DNA of 45,180 nt, from contig DATGFU010000038.1 in the NCBI GenBank assembly GCA_035308865.1, positions 1 to 45,180 on the forward strand. The letters run 5' to 3'. Under the pieces are notes generated by a model, which did no database searches, was not told where the DNA came from, and worked only from the letters and a program-made list of their open reading frames with translations. The stretch's first letter is position 1, and the number at the start of each line of letters is the position of its first letter. The translations under genes and the position numbers were made by a program. This DNA comes from Stellaceae bacterium. Its GTDB lineage: Bacteria > Pseudomonadota > Alphaproteobacteria > ATCC43930 > CGMCC-115725. Shown here one piece after another: positions 35,833 through 42,796 of this stretch.

Positions 35833-36591
35833 ATGATTTCGGCGAGGCGCATGGTCCAGCGGGCCGTCGGGGTGCTCCGTCCGTTGCTCGGACGAGCGCG
35901 GGCCGAGCGATCGGGCGCTACGGCGGTCGAGTTCGCGCTGCTGCTGCCCGCGCTGGCCTACCTGATCTTCGGCGTCGTCGACATGGGCTTGATGATGTTC
36001 GCGTCGGAGGAAATGGATCTGGCGGCGAGCGAAGCCGTCCGCGAGATCCGCACCGGCGCGGTTCAGGCAGCGCTCGCGCAGGCAAATTCGAATTCCAGCG
36101 GCCAGTCCCTGTATGCCGGCGACTCGAACTGCATCGGCGCCACGACGACGGTCGCCAATTTCGCGACCTCGAACGCCACGACCAATTGCCTCGGCTTCAC
36201 GGTGAACTCGACCGACACAGCCTCGACGGTGTTCGGCGAGCTCCTGTGCCACACCGTCCCGGTCGGCGGAACCACTGGCGCTTTCTTGAACTGCAACAAC
36301 TTCAACTGGGACGTCCAGACCTACGGCTGCTGGCCCAACCAAACCTGCAGCAATCCGGCACCTACCGATCTCAGGACGGTGGCGCTCACCTACAACTCGA
36401 GCGGCAACCCGCAGACGTTTCTGACATCCCCGGGCTCGGCCGCCATCATCGTTGCCGTAATCGGATACAAATACCCATTCTTCACGCCGCTGATCGGCTG
36501 CTTCTTCGACGGCCCGGACTGCGGAGTCCCCGGCAAGCAGACGACGGCGCCGCTCAGGTATTATGCCGTCGTCCAGGCCGAGCCCTTCTGA
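35833..36591 (+). CDS. tadE: TadE-like pseudopilin, enlarged (252 aa), 8 Cys
   Basis: The ATG at 35833 is preceded by gaggaggg. The N-terminus ERSGATAVEFALLLPALAYLIFGVVDMGLMMF matches the TadE-like domain, with a G/ATAVEF prepilin-peptidase-type site. The rest is rich in Thr, Asn and Cys. Confidence 0.82.
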   Translation: MISARRMVQRAVGVLRPLLGRARAERSGATAVEFALLLPALAYLIFGVVDMGLMMFASEEMDLAASEAVREIRTGAVQAALAQANSNSSGQSLYAGDSNCIGATTTVANFATSNATTNCLGFTVNSTDTASTVFGELLCHTVPVGGTTGAFLNCNNFNWDVQTYGCWPNQTCSNPAPTDLRTVALTYNSSGNPQTFLTSPGSAAIIVAVIGYKYPFFTPLIGCFFDGPDCGVPGKQTTAPLRYYAVVQAEPF

Positions 36592-36616
36592 CCAGCTGAG
36601 ACCGGAGCAATTCGCC

Positions 36617-37423
36617 ATGAGTCAGAAGATCCCGTTCGGCTACCATTCGCGCAGCGCATTCCGGCGCGTCGTCAGGGATAGTCGCGGCGCCGCGGCGGTC
36701 GAGGCGGCGATGACGTTCCCCGTGCTGATCGCGATGATGCTCGGCATGCTCGAAATGTACTTCTACATGGAGGCGAGCCACCGGGTCACCGCGGCGGCAC
36801 AGCTGACGGCCGATCTCGTCGGCCGGCAGGCCACCGTGAACAACGGCACGGGCCCGGCCAGCTCCACCCCCATGAGCGCAATCTTTTCGGCGTCGCTCGT
36901 CATGCTGAGCCCGATGCCGGTCTCGTCATCCGTGCCGACGACGAGCAATTCGACCAACCCCGCGATCGATGTGGCCAGCATCCTGTTCGGCAACCCGACG
37001 GTGACAACGAACAATCTCAGCTGTTCGGCGTCGACCACCGGTCCGGCGACAGGCGAGAGCAACGGTGTTGCGAACTATTGCCACGGCATCGATTGGGAGC
37101 TCGCCGTCGGCGGCGCGACGGCAAAGGCCAACACCACCGCCGTCTACACGAACTTCGTCAACGGCTGCACGGCATCGAACCTCACGGCCTGCTACTGCGT
37201 GTTGACATCGGCTTCGATCGGCAACCCCGTTCCGTTCTGCGTCGCCGGCCAAAGCATCATCTACGTTCGGGTCGACTACACCTACACGGATCCAATCGCC
37301 TTTTTCTTTCCGATATTCCTGGGCAGCAACCAAATCGTGATTTCCGAGAGCGCCTTCGTCACGCCGCGGCAGGTGACCTATGTGCCGCTATGCACGACCG
37401 CGTCGTCTTCTTCCTGCGCCTGA
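36617..37423 (+). CDS. tadF: TadE/TadF-like pseudopilin, enlarged (268 aa), 8 Cys
   Basis: Starting at the ATG 36617, the N-terminus SRGAAAVEAAMTFPVLIAMMLGMLEMYFY is TadE-like. The symbol is assigned by gene order only. Confidence 0.75.
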   Translation: MSQKIPFGYHSRSAFRRVVRDSRGAAAVEAAMTFPVLIAMMLGMLEMYFYMEASHRVTAAAQLTADLVGRQATVNNGTGPASSTPMSAIFSASLVMLSPMPVSSSVPTTSNSTNPAIDVASILFGNPTVTTNNLSCSASTTGPATGESNGVANYCHGIDWELAVGGATAKANTTAVYTNFVNGCTASNLTACYCVLTSASIGNPVPFCVAGQSIIYVRVDYTYTDPIAFFFPIFLGSNQIVISESAFVTPRQVTYVPLCTTASSSSCA

Positions 37424-37436
37424 AGCCCGAAACCTG

Positions 37437-39914
37437 ATGGAGAATACCGTGATGCTCCCCAATTTGATCCGCACCGGGCTGCGACGTCTGCGCGACGACG
37501 AGCGCGGCAGCGTCGCGATGGTCGTGGGGGTCACGATCATCATGCTGACCCTGCTGGGGGGGCTCGCGATCGACACAGGCAGGATCTTCCTGGCGCGGGA
37601 CCGGCTGACCCATTCGCTCGACGACGCCGGCCTCGCGGTCGCCGCGGGTTCGATCGGCTACACCTCGGGCAAGGGTACGTGCGGGAATACCTACCTGACC
37701 AATATCGCGGACAAGTTCGTCAATGCGAACTTCGATGCGAGCCTCGGCCCGTACAGGAACATCACGGTCTGCCAGTCTACGGACGGCTCCGGCGTGGTGG
37801 TGGCCGCGCAGGTTCAGGTCCCGACGGTCTTCATGTCGATCCTTGGCTTCAGCACGGTGACGGCGACCGTGAACTCTCAGATCAGGAGCACGGGCAACGG
37901 TCTGGAAGTGGTGCTGGTGCTGGACAACACCGGCTCGATGACCGGCGGCATGAGCAGCTGCACCCGTTCGACGACGCAGACCGACGGTACGTCGTACAAC
38001 GGCGAGGCCTTCGGCTGCCTGCTCAACGCCAGCTTCCAGCTGCTGAACACGCTCTACAACGTCGGATCGGGCACGACCGCCGTCACGTCGCCGCCGGCGG
38101 CGCTGTCGACGCTCTATGTCGGGCTCGTGCCGTTCACGACGGCCGTCAACGTCCTCAACGAGAACAAGGTGACACTGAGCAGCTCGACCCTCTCGAACTA
38201 CAACCAGGTCATGGGCGCCACCGACTGGAACGTGACAGTCGGGCAGATCGTCAACACGACGGCCGCGGCGTTCACCGGCACGAATGGTACGCCGGCTGCG
38301 ACGGATCCGCTCTGCGCCTATAACGGGACCTGGAAGCCTGCCGCCGACGACTACATCGCGGCGATGGATCTGGTCCATCTGGCGCAGGATATCTGTGCCC
38401 AATATGTATCGACGACCTTCTCGAGCAACGTTCAGCAGTACACGTCCGGTCACCCGAACCTGAACAACTACTACCTTGCCGATTGGTTGAACACGGCCAC
38501 CGGGATCAGCGGCATCAGCGGCGTCGGTTCCTCCTATTCGGGACTCGGCTGGGACGGCTGCGTCGAGGAGCGCACCAGCAAGGGGGACCCCCAGACCGTC
38601 ACGGTCACGACCAGCTCGGGCGCGCCCAGCGTCACGGCGGCACCCTATTATGATTACAATATTACCGCGACATCGCCCTCCACTTATGCGGAGTATGACT
38701 ACAGCATCAACTATACGAGCCTGACCACCGGCACGACGCCGCCTGCCTCGCAATTCTGGCACATTCTGCGGGTCATACGGAACGGCTCCTATCTCCCGGG
38801 CGAGGGAGAGCCGAACCGGAGCGACTTCAAGTCGATGTATTATAACGGTACCCCGACGACGGGCATCTACTGCACCGGCACGTCGTGCGCCACCAAGACA
38901 AGCTCGAACTGCTCGGGCTGCACCTTCTACCAGGTGACGGAGCACAATTTCCCGAACCCGTTCTATGACGTGCAGAGTTGCTCGTCCTACACGACCAACG
39001 GGAACACCACCTGCACGGTCTCGTCGGCAACCACGCATGCCTGGGCAGGCGGCGCAACCCCGAAGTCGGGCGCCACGACACTGACGTATGTGGCCGGGAC
39101 GAAGCCGGTCGCCACCAACTACTACTGGGGCGCGCCGAACAACAGCGGCGGCTCGAACGACTCGAACTACGAATGCATCGCCTCGCATATGGCGCCGCTC
39201 GACAACAGCTACACCGACATCTCCAACGCGCTGCTGGGCATGAACGCCAACTACAACACCGACCAGGAGCCGGGCGTGGCCTGGGCGGCGCGGATGCTGT
39301 CCTATGACGGCACGAACTATCATCCGCCCTTCCAGTCGGTCTCGACGATCGATGCGACCGCCTCGACCGGCGCGCTTGCGTGGAAGAAGGCGATCGTGTT
39401 CCTGACCGACGGCACGCCGAACCTGGTGGCCAACACGCCTTCGGCTTACTCGTACGGAATCAATACCTCCACCGGCCCGTGGGCGCAGACGACCATGACC
39501 GGCACGAACGCTCCCGCCTACGCCCAGCCGCCGCTCGCGGCCTACGGCAACAACACCGGCCCGGTCAATACCAACAATGCGACCTTGCCGGCCGCCGGCA
39601 GCAACACCTACACGCTCGGCTGCAGTTACGGGAACTCAAACAGTTCGGGCGTCAGTGATCAGGCCCAGATCATGTGCCGGGTGTACCAGCTCTGCTCGGA
39701 GATTCGGGGTCAGGACTACTACGTCTACACCGTATTCTTCCAAGACTCGGGGAACATCACGTCGAACATGACCGTCTTCATGACCGACTGCACAGCGGAT
39801 GGTAGCGGCAATATCGATGCGACGAAGATGTACACGGCCAGCGACCAGGCGAGTATGTCCGCAGCCTTCGGCGCGATAGCAGACCAATTGAACAATCTAC
39901 GAATATCGCACTGA
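37437..39914 (+). CDS. tadG: TadG-like pilus-associated protein with vWA/MIDAS domain, very large (825 aa), 18 Cys
   Basis: Starting at the ATG 37437, the N-terminus ERGSVAMVVGVTIIMLTLLGGLAIDTGRIFLARDRL is the TadG-type N-terminal segment. The MIDAS motif is LVLDNTGSM (residues 161-168). Further blocks are LYVGLVPFT, WDGCVEER, GVAWAARMLS and AIVFLTDGTPN (residues 652-662). The antisense 654-aa ORF 37359..39323 is rejected. Confidence 0.85.
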   Translation: MENTVMLPNLIRTGLRRLRDDERGSVAMVVGVTIIMLTLLGGLAIDTGRIFLARDRLTHSLDDAGLAVAAGSIGYTSGKGTCGNTYLTNIADKFVNANFDASLGPYRNITVCQSTDGSGVVVAAQVQVPTVFMSILGFSTVTATVNSQIRSTGNGLEVVLVLDNTGSMTGGMSSCTRSTTQTDGTSYNGEAFGCLLNASFQLLNTLYNVGSGTTAVTSPPAALSTLYVGLVPFTTAVNVLNENKVTLSSSTLSNYNQVMGATDWNVTVGQIVNTTAAAFTGTNGTPAATDPLCAYNGTWKPAADDYIAAMDLVHLAQDICAQYVSTTFSSNVQQYTSGHPNLNNYYLADWLNTATGISGISGVGSSYSGLGWDGCVEERTSKGDPQTVTVTTSSGAPSVTAAPYYDYNITATSPSTYAEYDYSINYTSLTTGTTPPASQFWHILRVIRNGSYLPGEGEPNRSDFKSMYYNGTPTTGIYCTGTSCATKTSSNCSGCTFYQVTEHNFPNPFYDVQSCSSYTTNGNTTCTVSSATTHAWAGGATPKSGATTLTYVAGTKPVATNYYWGAPNNSGGSNDSNYECIASHMAPLDNSYTDISNALLGMNANYNTDQEPGVAWAARMLSYDGTNYHPPFQSVSTIDATASTGALAWKKAIVFLTDGTPNLVANTPSAYSYGINTSTGPWAQTTMTGTNAPAYAQPPLAAYGNNTGPVNTNNATLPAAGSNTYTLGCSYGNSNSSGVSDQAQIMCRVYQLCSEIRGQDYYVYTVFFQDSGNITSNMTVFMTDCTADGSGNIDATKMYTASDQASMSAAFGAIADQLNNLRISH

Positions 39915-39943
39915 CGGGAATCGGCTCCGGCGAGCCCCTTCCC

Positions 39944-39977
39944 GCGGCGGCGCTCCTTCCGGGGCGCCGCCGTTTCT
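39944..39977. terminator. Bidirectional hairpin terminator between convergent tadG-like and coiled-coil genes
   Basis: A 9-bp GC stem, cggcggcgc (39945-39953) paired with gcgccgccg (39964-39972), has a 10-nt loop and is followed by tttct. It sits in the 61-bp gap between the two convergent stop codons. Confidence 0.6.
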
Positions 39978-40764
39978 ATTCGTCCGAAGCGGCCTTGGGC
40001 GGTATCGCCGTGCCCGCCGCCGGCGGCTCCGGCAGCCCGGCGGCGACGGCCTGTTCGAGCCGGCCCAGGTTCGCCGTCTCGGCGCCGCGCGAGCGCTGCT
40101 CGCGGGCGATCTCGGCCAGCAGCTCGCGCAGCTTGCGGTCGATCTCGGCCTGGGTCGCGGCGATCTTGGCGTCGACCCCGTCCAGCGCCGCCTGGTCGGC
40201 CGGCTGCGTCGCGAGACGCTGCTGGACCAGGCCGGCGAGCCGGAGCGCCGTCGCCGCGTCCTCGGTCAGCTGCTTCGAGACTGCGCCGAGCTGAGCGGTG
40301 TTGCTGCCGAGCCGGTCGAGCGCCGTGTGGGCCTGGGCCAGCTTCGCCGTGAGGTCGGGATCGGCCGGCGCCGCCCCGGTGGCCAGGCGCCGGCCGATCT
40401 CGCCGGTCAGCCCGTAATAGGCGGCGGCCTCGGTGCCGCGCTCGGCGTGGAGCGTGGCGACGGCCTGCTCCTGCCGGGCGAGGTTGTCGTGGAGCCGGTC
40501 GGCATCGGCGGCGAGCGTCGCGGTTTCCGGACTGGCCGGCCCCGCCGCCGGTAGCGGCAGCGCGGCTGGTGAGGGCGGTGGGGGCGGCTGGGGTAACGGT
40601 GCCGGTGCGGGCGGCGCCGGCGCCGGAGCCGCCGGCCGGGCAGACGGTGCCGCAGCGGGCGGCGCGTTGTCGTCGTCATCGTCGCCCGGCGGCGGTGCCG
40701 CCAGGACGGCGCTCTGGAGCATGACGGCCGGAACCGCGGCCAGAACCCAGGAAACCCGACGCAT
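39976..40764 (-). CDS. Secreted Pro/Ala-rich coiled-coil protein (262 aa), function unknown
   Basis: The ATG at 40764 gives the signal peptide MRRVSWVLAAVPAVMLQSAVLAA. This is followed by PPPGDDDDDN, a Pro-rich spacer (PAPAPPAPAPLPQPPPPPSP), then heptad-like Ala/Leu/Gln/Glu-rich helices. The track ORF extends to 41076 across the tRNA gene and is trimmed. Confidence 0.6.
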   Translation of the reverse strand: MRRVSWVLAAVPAVMLQSAVLAAPPPGDDDDDNAPPAAAPSARPAAPAPAPPAPAPLPQPPPPPSPAALPLPAAGPASPETATLAADADRLHDNLARQEQAVATLHAERGTEAAAYYGLTGEIGRRLATGAAPADPDLTAKLAQAHTALDRLGSNTAQLGAVSKQLTEDAATALRLAGLVQQRLATQPADQAALDGVDAKIAATQAEIDRKLRELLAEIAREQRSRGAETANLGRLEQAVAAGLPEPPAAGTAIPPKAASDE

Positions 40765-40853
40765 GGGAACCCTCGACCATCCCGCTTCGCCGGCGGGTTC
40801 CCTGGCGTAGCCTCGCCGCCGCCGGCGCGCAACACCTGCGAGGCCCCGCCGGC

Positions 40854-40882
40854 TTGACCCTCCGCGGGAAGGATGGCTATAT
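40854..40882 (+). promoter_or_regulatory. Sigma70-like promoter for tRNA-Cys
   Basis: TTGACC (40854-40859), a 17-nt spacer, then CTATAT (40877-40882), ending 13 nt upstream of the mature tRNA 5' end. Confidence 0.5.
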
Positions 40883-40895
40883 CGCGCGCCCCTCC

Positions 40896-40969
40896 GGCCG
40901 GATGGCAGAGTGGTTATGCAGAGGACTGCAAATCCTCGTATGCGAGTTCGATTCTCGCTCCGGCCTCCA
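40896..40969 (+). tRNA. tRNA-Cys (anticodon GCA)
   Basis: GGCCGGATGGCAGAGTGGTTATGCAGAGGACTGCAAATCCTCGTATGCGAGTTCGATTCTCGCTCCGGCCTCCA. The 7-bp acceptor stem is GGCCGGA/TCCGGCC. The anticodon loop is CTGCAAA, the T-arm is GGTTCGAAT-like (GAGTTCGATTCTC), and CCA is encoded. Confidence 0.95.
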
Positions 40970-41070
40970 TCATCCCCCCGCCCGCAACATCCGATCGCGA
41001 ACACGCCGCTGACGCGGGCGTGGCTCCAGGAGCCCAGCCGAAAATATGCCTTTGTCACAGAAGGCGTTTT

Positions 41071-41152
41071 CGTCATCCCCGCGAAGGCGGGGATCCAGAG
41101 TCCCGGGTCCCGGCGCTTGTGGTCCTGGATTCCCGCCTCCGCGCGAATGACG
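41071..41152. repeat. REP/MITE-like imperfect palindrome (CGTCATCCCCGCGAAGGCGGGGATCCAG family)
   Basis: The left arm is cgtcatccccgcgaaggcggggatccag (41071-41098). The right arm is ctggattcccgcctccgcgcgaatgacg (41125-41152), whose reverse complement is cgtcattcgcgcggaggcgggaatccag. This element also creates the spurious ORF 40910..41242 (VIPAKAGIQ). Confidence 0.75.
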
Positions 41153-41273
41153 ATAACTATTTGGGATAGAGGGATTTATTTCCGGTTAGGCTCCAAGGCG
41201 TGCCGATCGGTCGTTGACCGCTCCGTGATACGTAACATATAACACCCATTGGTACCGGCGGGTGTGGATGCAC

Positions 41274-41597
41274 ATGGCCATTCGCGGATGCAGGACGAAG
41301 GCGACGCGGCAATTCCTCGCCGGCCAGCGGGTGCGCGAGTTCCAGGGGTTCGCGCCGGCCGCCGCCAAGGCGCTGACGAAGCTCCAGGCCGCGGCGAGGC
41401 TCGGCGACCTTCGGAACCCGCCGTCGAATCGCTTCGAGGCGCTCGGCGGCGATCGAAGCGGGCAGTACAGTATTAGAATCAACGAACAGTGGCGGGTGTG
41501 TTTCAGCTGGGTTCCGACGGGGCCGGTGCCCGAGGGAACCGACATTCTCGAGGTCGCGGGCGATGCCGATGACGTCGAGATCGTAGATTATCACTGA
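41274..41597 (+). CDS. higB: HigB-like toxin (RelE/ParE superfamily, plasmid-maintenance killer type)
   Basis: The sequence MAIRGCRTKATRQFLAGQRV..FQGFAPAAAKALTKLQAAARLGDLRNPPSNRFEALGGDRSGQYSIRINEQWRVCF...VEIVDYH matches the HigB pattern (L.GDR.GQ.SIRIN.QWR..F ... DYH). It is followed 12 nt later by a HigA-like antitoxin gene. The start could also be 41262 or 41268. Confidence 0.85.
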   Translation: MAIRGCRTKATRQFLAGQRVREFQGFAPAAAKALTKLQAAARLGDLRNPPSNRFEALGGDRSGQYSIRINEQWRVCFSWVPTGPVPEGTDILEVAGDADDVEIVDYH

Positions 41598-41609
41598 GGA
41601 ACCAAGGCC

Positions 41610-41912
41610 ATGGCCTACGCGATCGACAATCTTCCGGCCATCCATCCGGGCTCGTTCCTGCGCGATGAGCTCGCTGCGCTCCATTTGAGCGCGCGCCGGT
41701 TCGCCGACCATATCGGCGTTCCGCCCAACGCCGTGACGTCGATCATGAACGGCGAGCGTTCGATCACGGCCCAGATGGCGATCCGGCTCGGCCAGGCAGT
41801 CGGCACCACGGCCGAGTATTGGATGAATTTGCAGGCGATCTACGATCTGAAGCGGGCTCGGGCCGAGCTGCCGCCGGCGGCGCGCGAGATCAGGCAGATC
41901 GTCGCTGCCTGA
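41610..41912 (+). CDS. higA: HigA-family antitoxin (XRE-type HTH)
   Basis: The sequence IHPGSFLRDELAALHLSARRFADHIGVPPNAVTSIMNGERSITAQMAIRLGQAVGTTAEYWMNLQAIYDL is the classic HigA/VapI layout. Confidence 0.9.
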   Translation: MAYAIDNLPAIHPGSFLRDELAALHLSARRFADHIGVPPNAVTSIMNGERSITAQMAIRLGQAVGTTAEYWMNLQAIYDLKRARAELPPAAREIRQIVAA

Positions 41913-41938
41913 CTATCTCGTCGAATCGAAAAAGATCC

Positions 41939-41963
41939 TCGTCCCCACCTTCGCGGGGATCCA
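41939..41963. repeat. Solo copy of the REP core (ATCCCCGCGAAGGYGGGGA) in inverted orientation
   Basis: The reverse complement of + strand 41941-41959 is atccccgcgaaggtgggga. The core at 41075-41093 is atccccgcgaaggcgggga, an 18/19 match. Confidence 0.65.
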
Positions 41964-41987
41964 GCCGCAGCAACACCCATCGGTCGG

Positions 41988-42719
41988 CTATGCCTGCCGC
42001 AGCGTCTCCCTGACGCGCTGCAGCGCCGCGACCGTGCGAAGCTGCGTGTCGGCGTCGAAGCGGGGCGAGGGGATGGCGACGCTGATGGCGAGCGTCGGGT
42101 CGAGCGCGATGCCGATGCCGATCACGCCCAGCGTGTGTTCCTCCTTGGCGACGGCATAGCCGCGCTCGCGGGTGCGGGCGAGGTCCCGCCGCAAGGCGGC
42201 CTCGTCGGTCAGCGTATGGGCGGTGAAGCGCGTCCGATGTGCTTCGGCGAGATAGGCGTCGAGCGCCGCCGCCGGCAGCGCCGCCAGGATCGCCTTTCCG
42301 GCAGCAAAGCCGTGCAGCGGGAAGCGCAGGCCGGTCTGCGGCGTGAAGCGCAGGAAATGGCTCGATAGCGCCACCTCGACCGCCTCGATCTCCGAACCCC
42401 GCCGCACGAACAGGCTCGACGTCTCGCCGGTCGAGGCGGTCAGCTCGCGCAGCACCGCGCGAGCCCGGTCCTCCAGCGGCGCCGGCGTGCCGGTCGTCAG
42501 GCGTTGCAGCGCCGGCCCGGTGACGTAGGTCCGGTCCGCCGCCTGGGCGAGCCAGCCGCGATCGGCCAGCGTTCCCAGCAGGTAGGAGAGGCTGCTCTCC
42601 GGGATGCCGGTGGCCCGGCTGATCGCGCGGGCATTGGCGGGGCCGCGGCGGGCGACCTCCTCCACCACGTCCAGCGCGCGCGCCGCCGACTTGACGGCGG
42701 CACCGGATTGAAGTTTCAT
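41988..42719 (-). CDS. IclR-family transcriptional regulator
   Basis: The N-terminal wHTH is SAARALDVVEEVARRGPANARAISRATGIPESSLSYLLGTLADRGWL. The C-terminal effector domain is AFAAGKAILAALP...RERGYAVAKEEHTLGVIGIGIAL. Several in-frame starts exist (42719, 42725, 42734, GTG 42752). Confidence 0.88.
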   Translation of the reverse strand: MKLQSGAAVKSAARALDVVEEVARRGPANARAISRATGIPESSLSYLLGTLADRGWLAQAADRTYVTGPALQRLTTGTPAPLEDRARAVLRELTASTGETSSLFVRRGSEIEAVEVALSSHFLRFTPQTGLRFPLHGFAAGKAILAALPAAALDAYLAEAHRTRFTAHTLTDEAALRRDLARTRERGYAVAKEEHTLGVIGIGIALDPTLAISVAIPSPRFDADTQLRTVAALQRVRETLRQA

Positions 42720-42796
42720 ACTCATGGATTTCATGGATATGAAAAACGTCACGAACCGTCAAGCCGGCGAGGATCGTGACCCCGACGAGGAAACGG

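Noticed and set aside
37359-39323. 654-aa minus-strand ORF opposite the tadG-like gene
   Set aside because: It is an Arg/Gly/Val-rich shadow ORF. The + strand frame carries the TadG N-terminus and the vWA/MIDAS blocks.
37437-39914. N-x-S/T sequon enrichment as evidence of N-glycosylation
   Set aside because: This is kept only as a weak note under the GT87 finding. The protein is so rich in Asn, Ser and Thr that the count may be compositional. No PglB-type or HMW1C-type enzyme is visible in the window.
40910-41242. 110-aa ORF running from inside tRNA-Cys through the REP element (contains VIPAKAGIQ)
   Set aside because: It overlaps the tRNA gene. Its only 'conserved' peptide is the translation of the REP palindrome, a well-known source of spurious ORFs.
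40970-41963. Classical tRNA-integrated genomic island
   Set aside because: I found no integrase or recombinase, no direct repeat of the tRNA 3' end, and a cargo of only ~1 kb. I report it instead as a REP-bracketed TA mini-islet.
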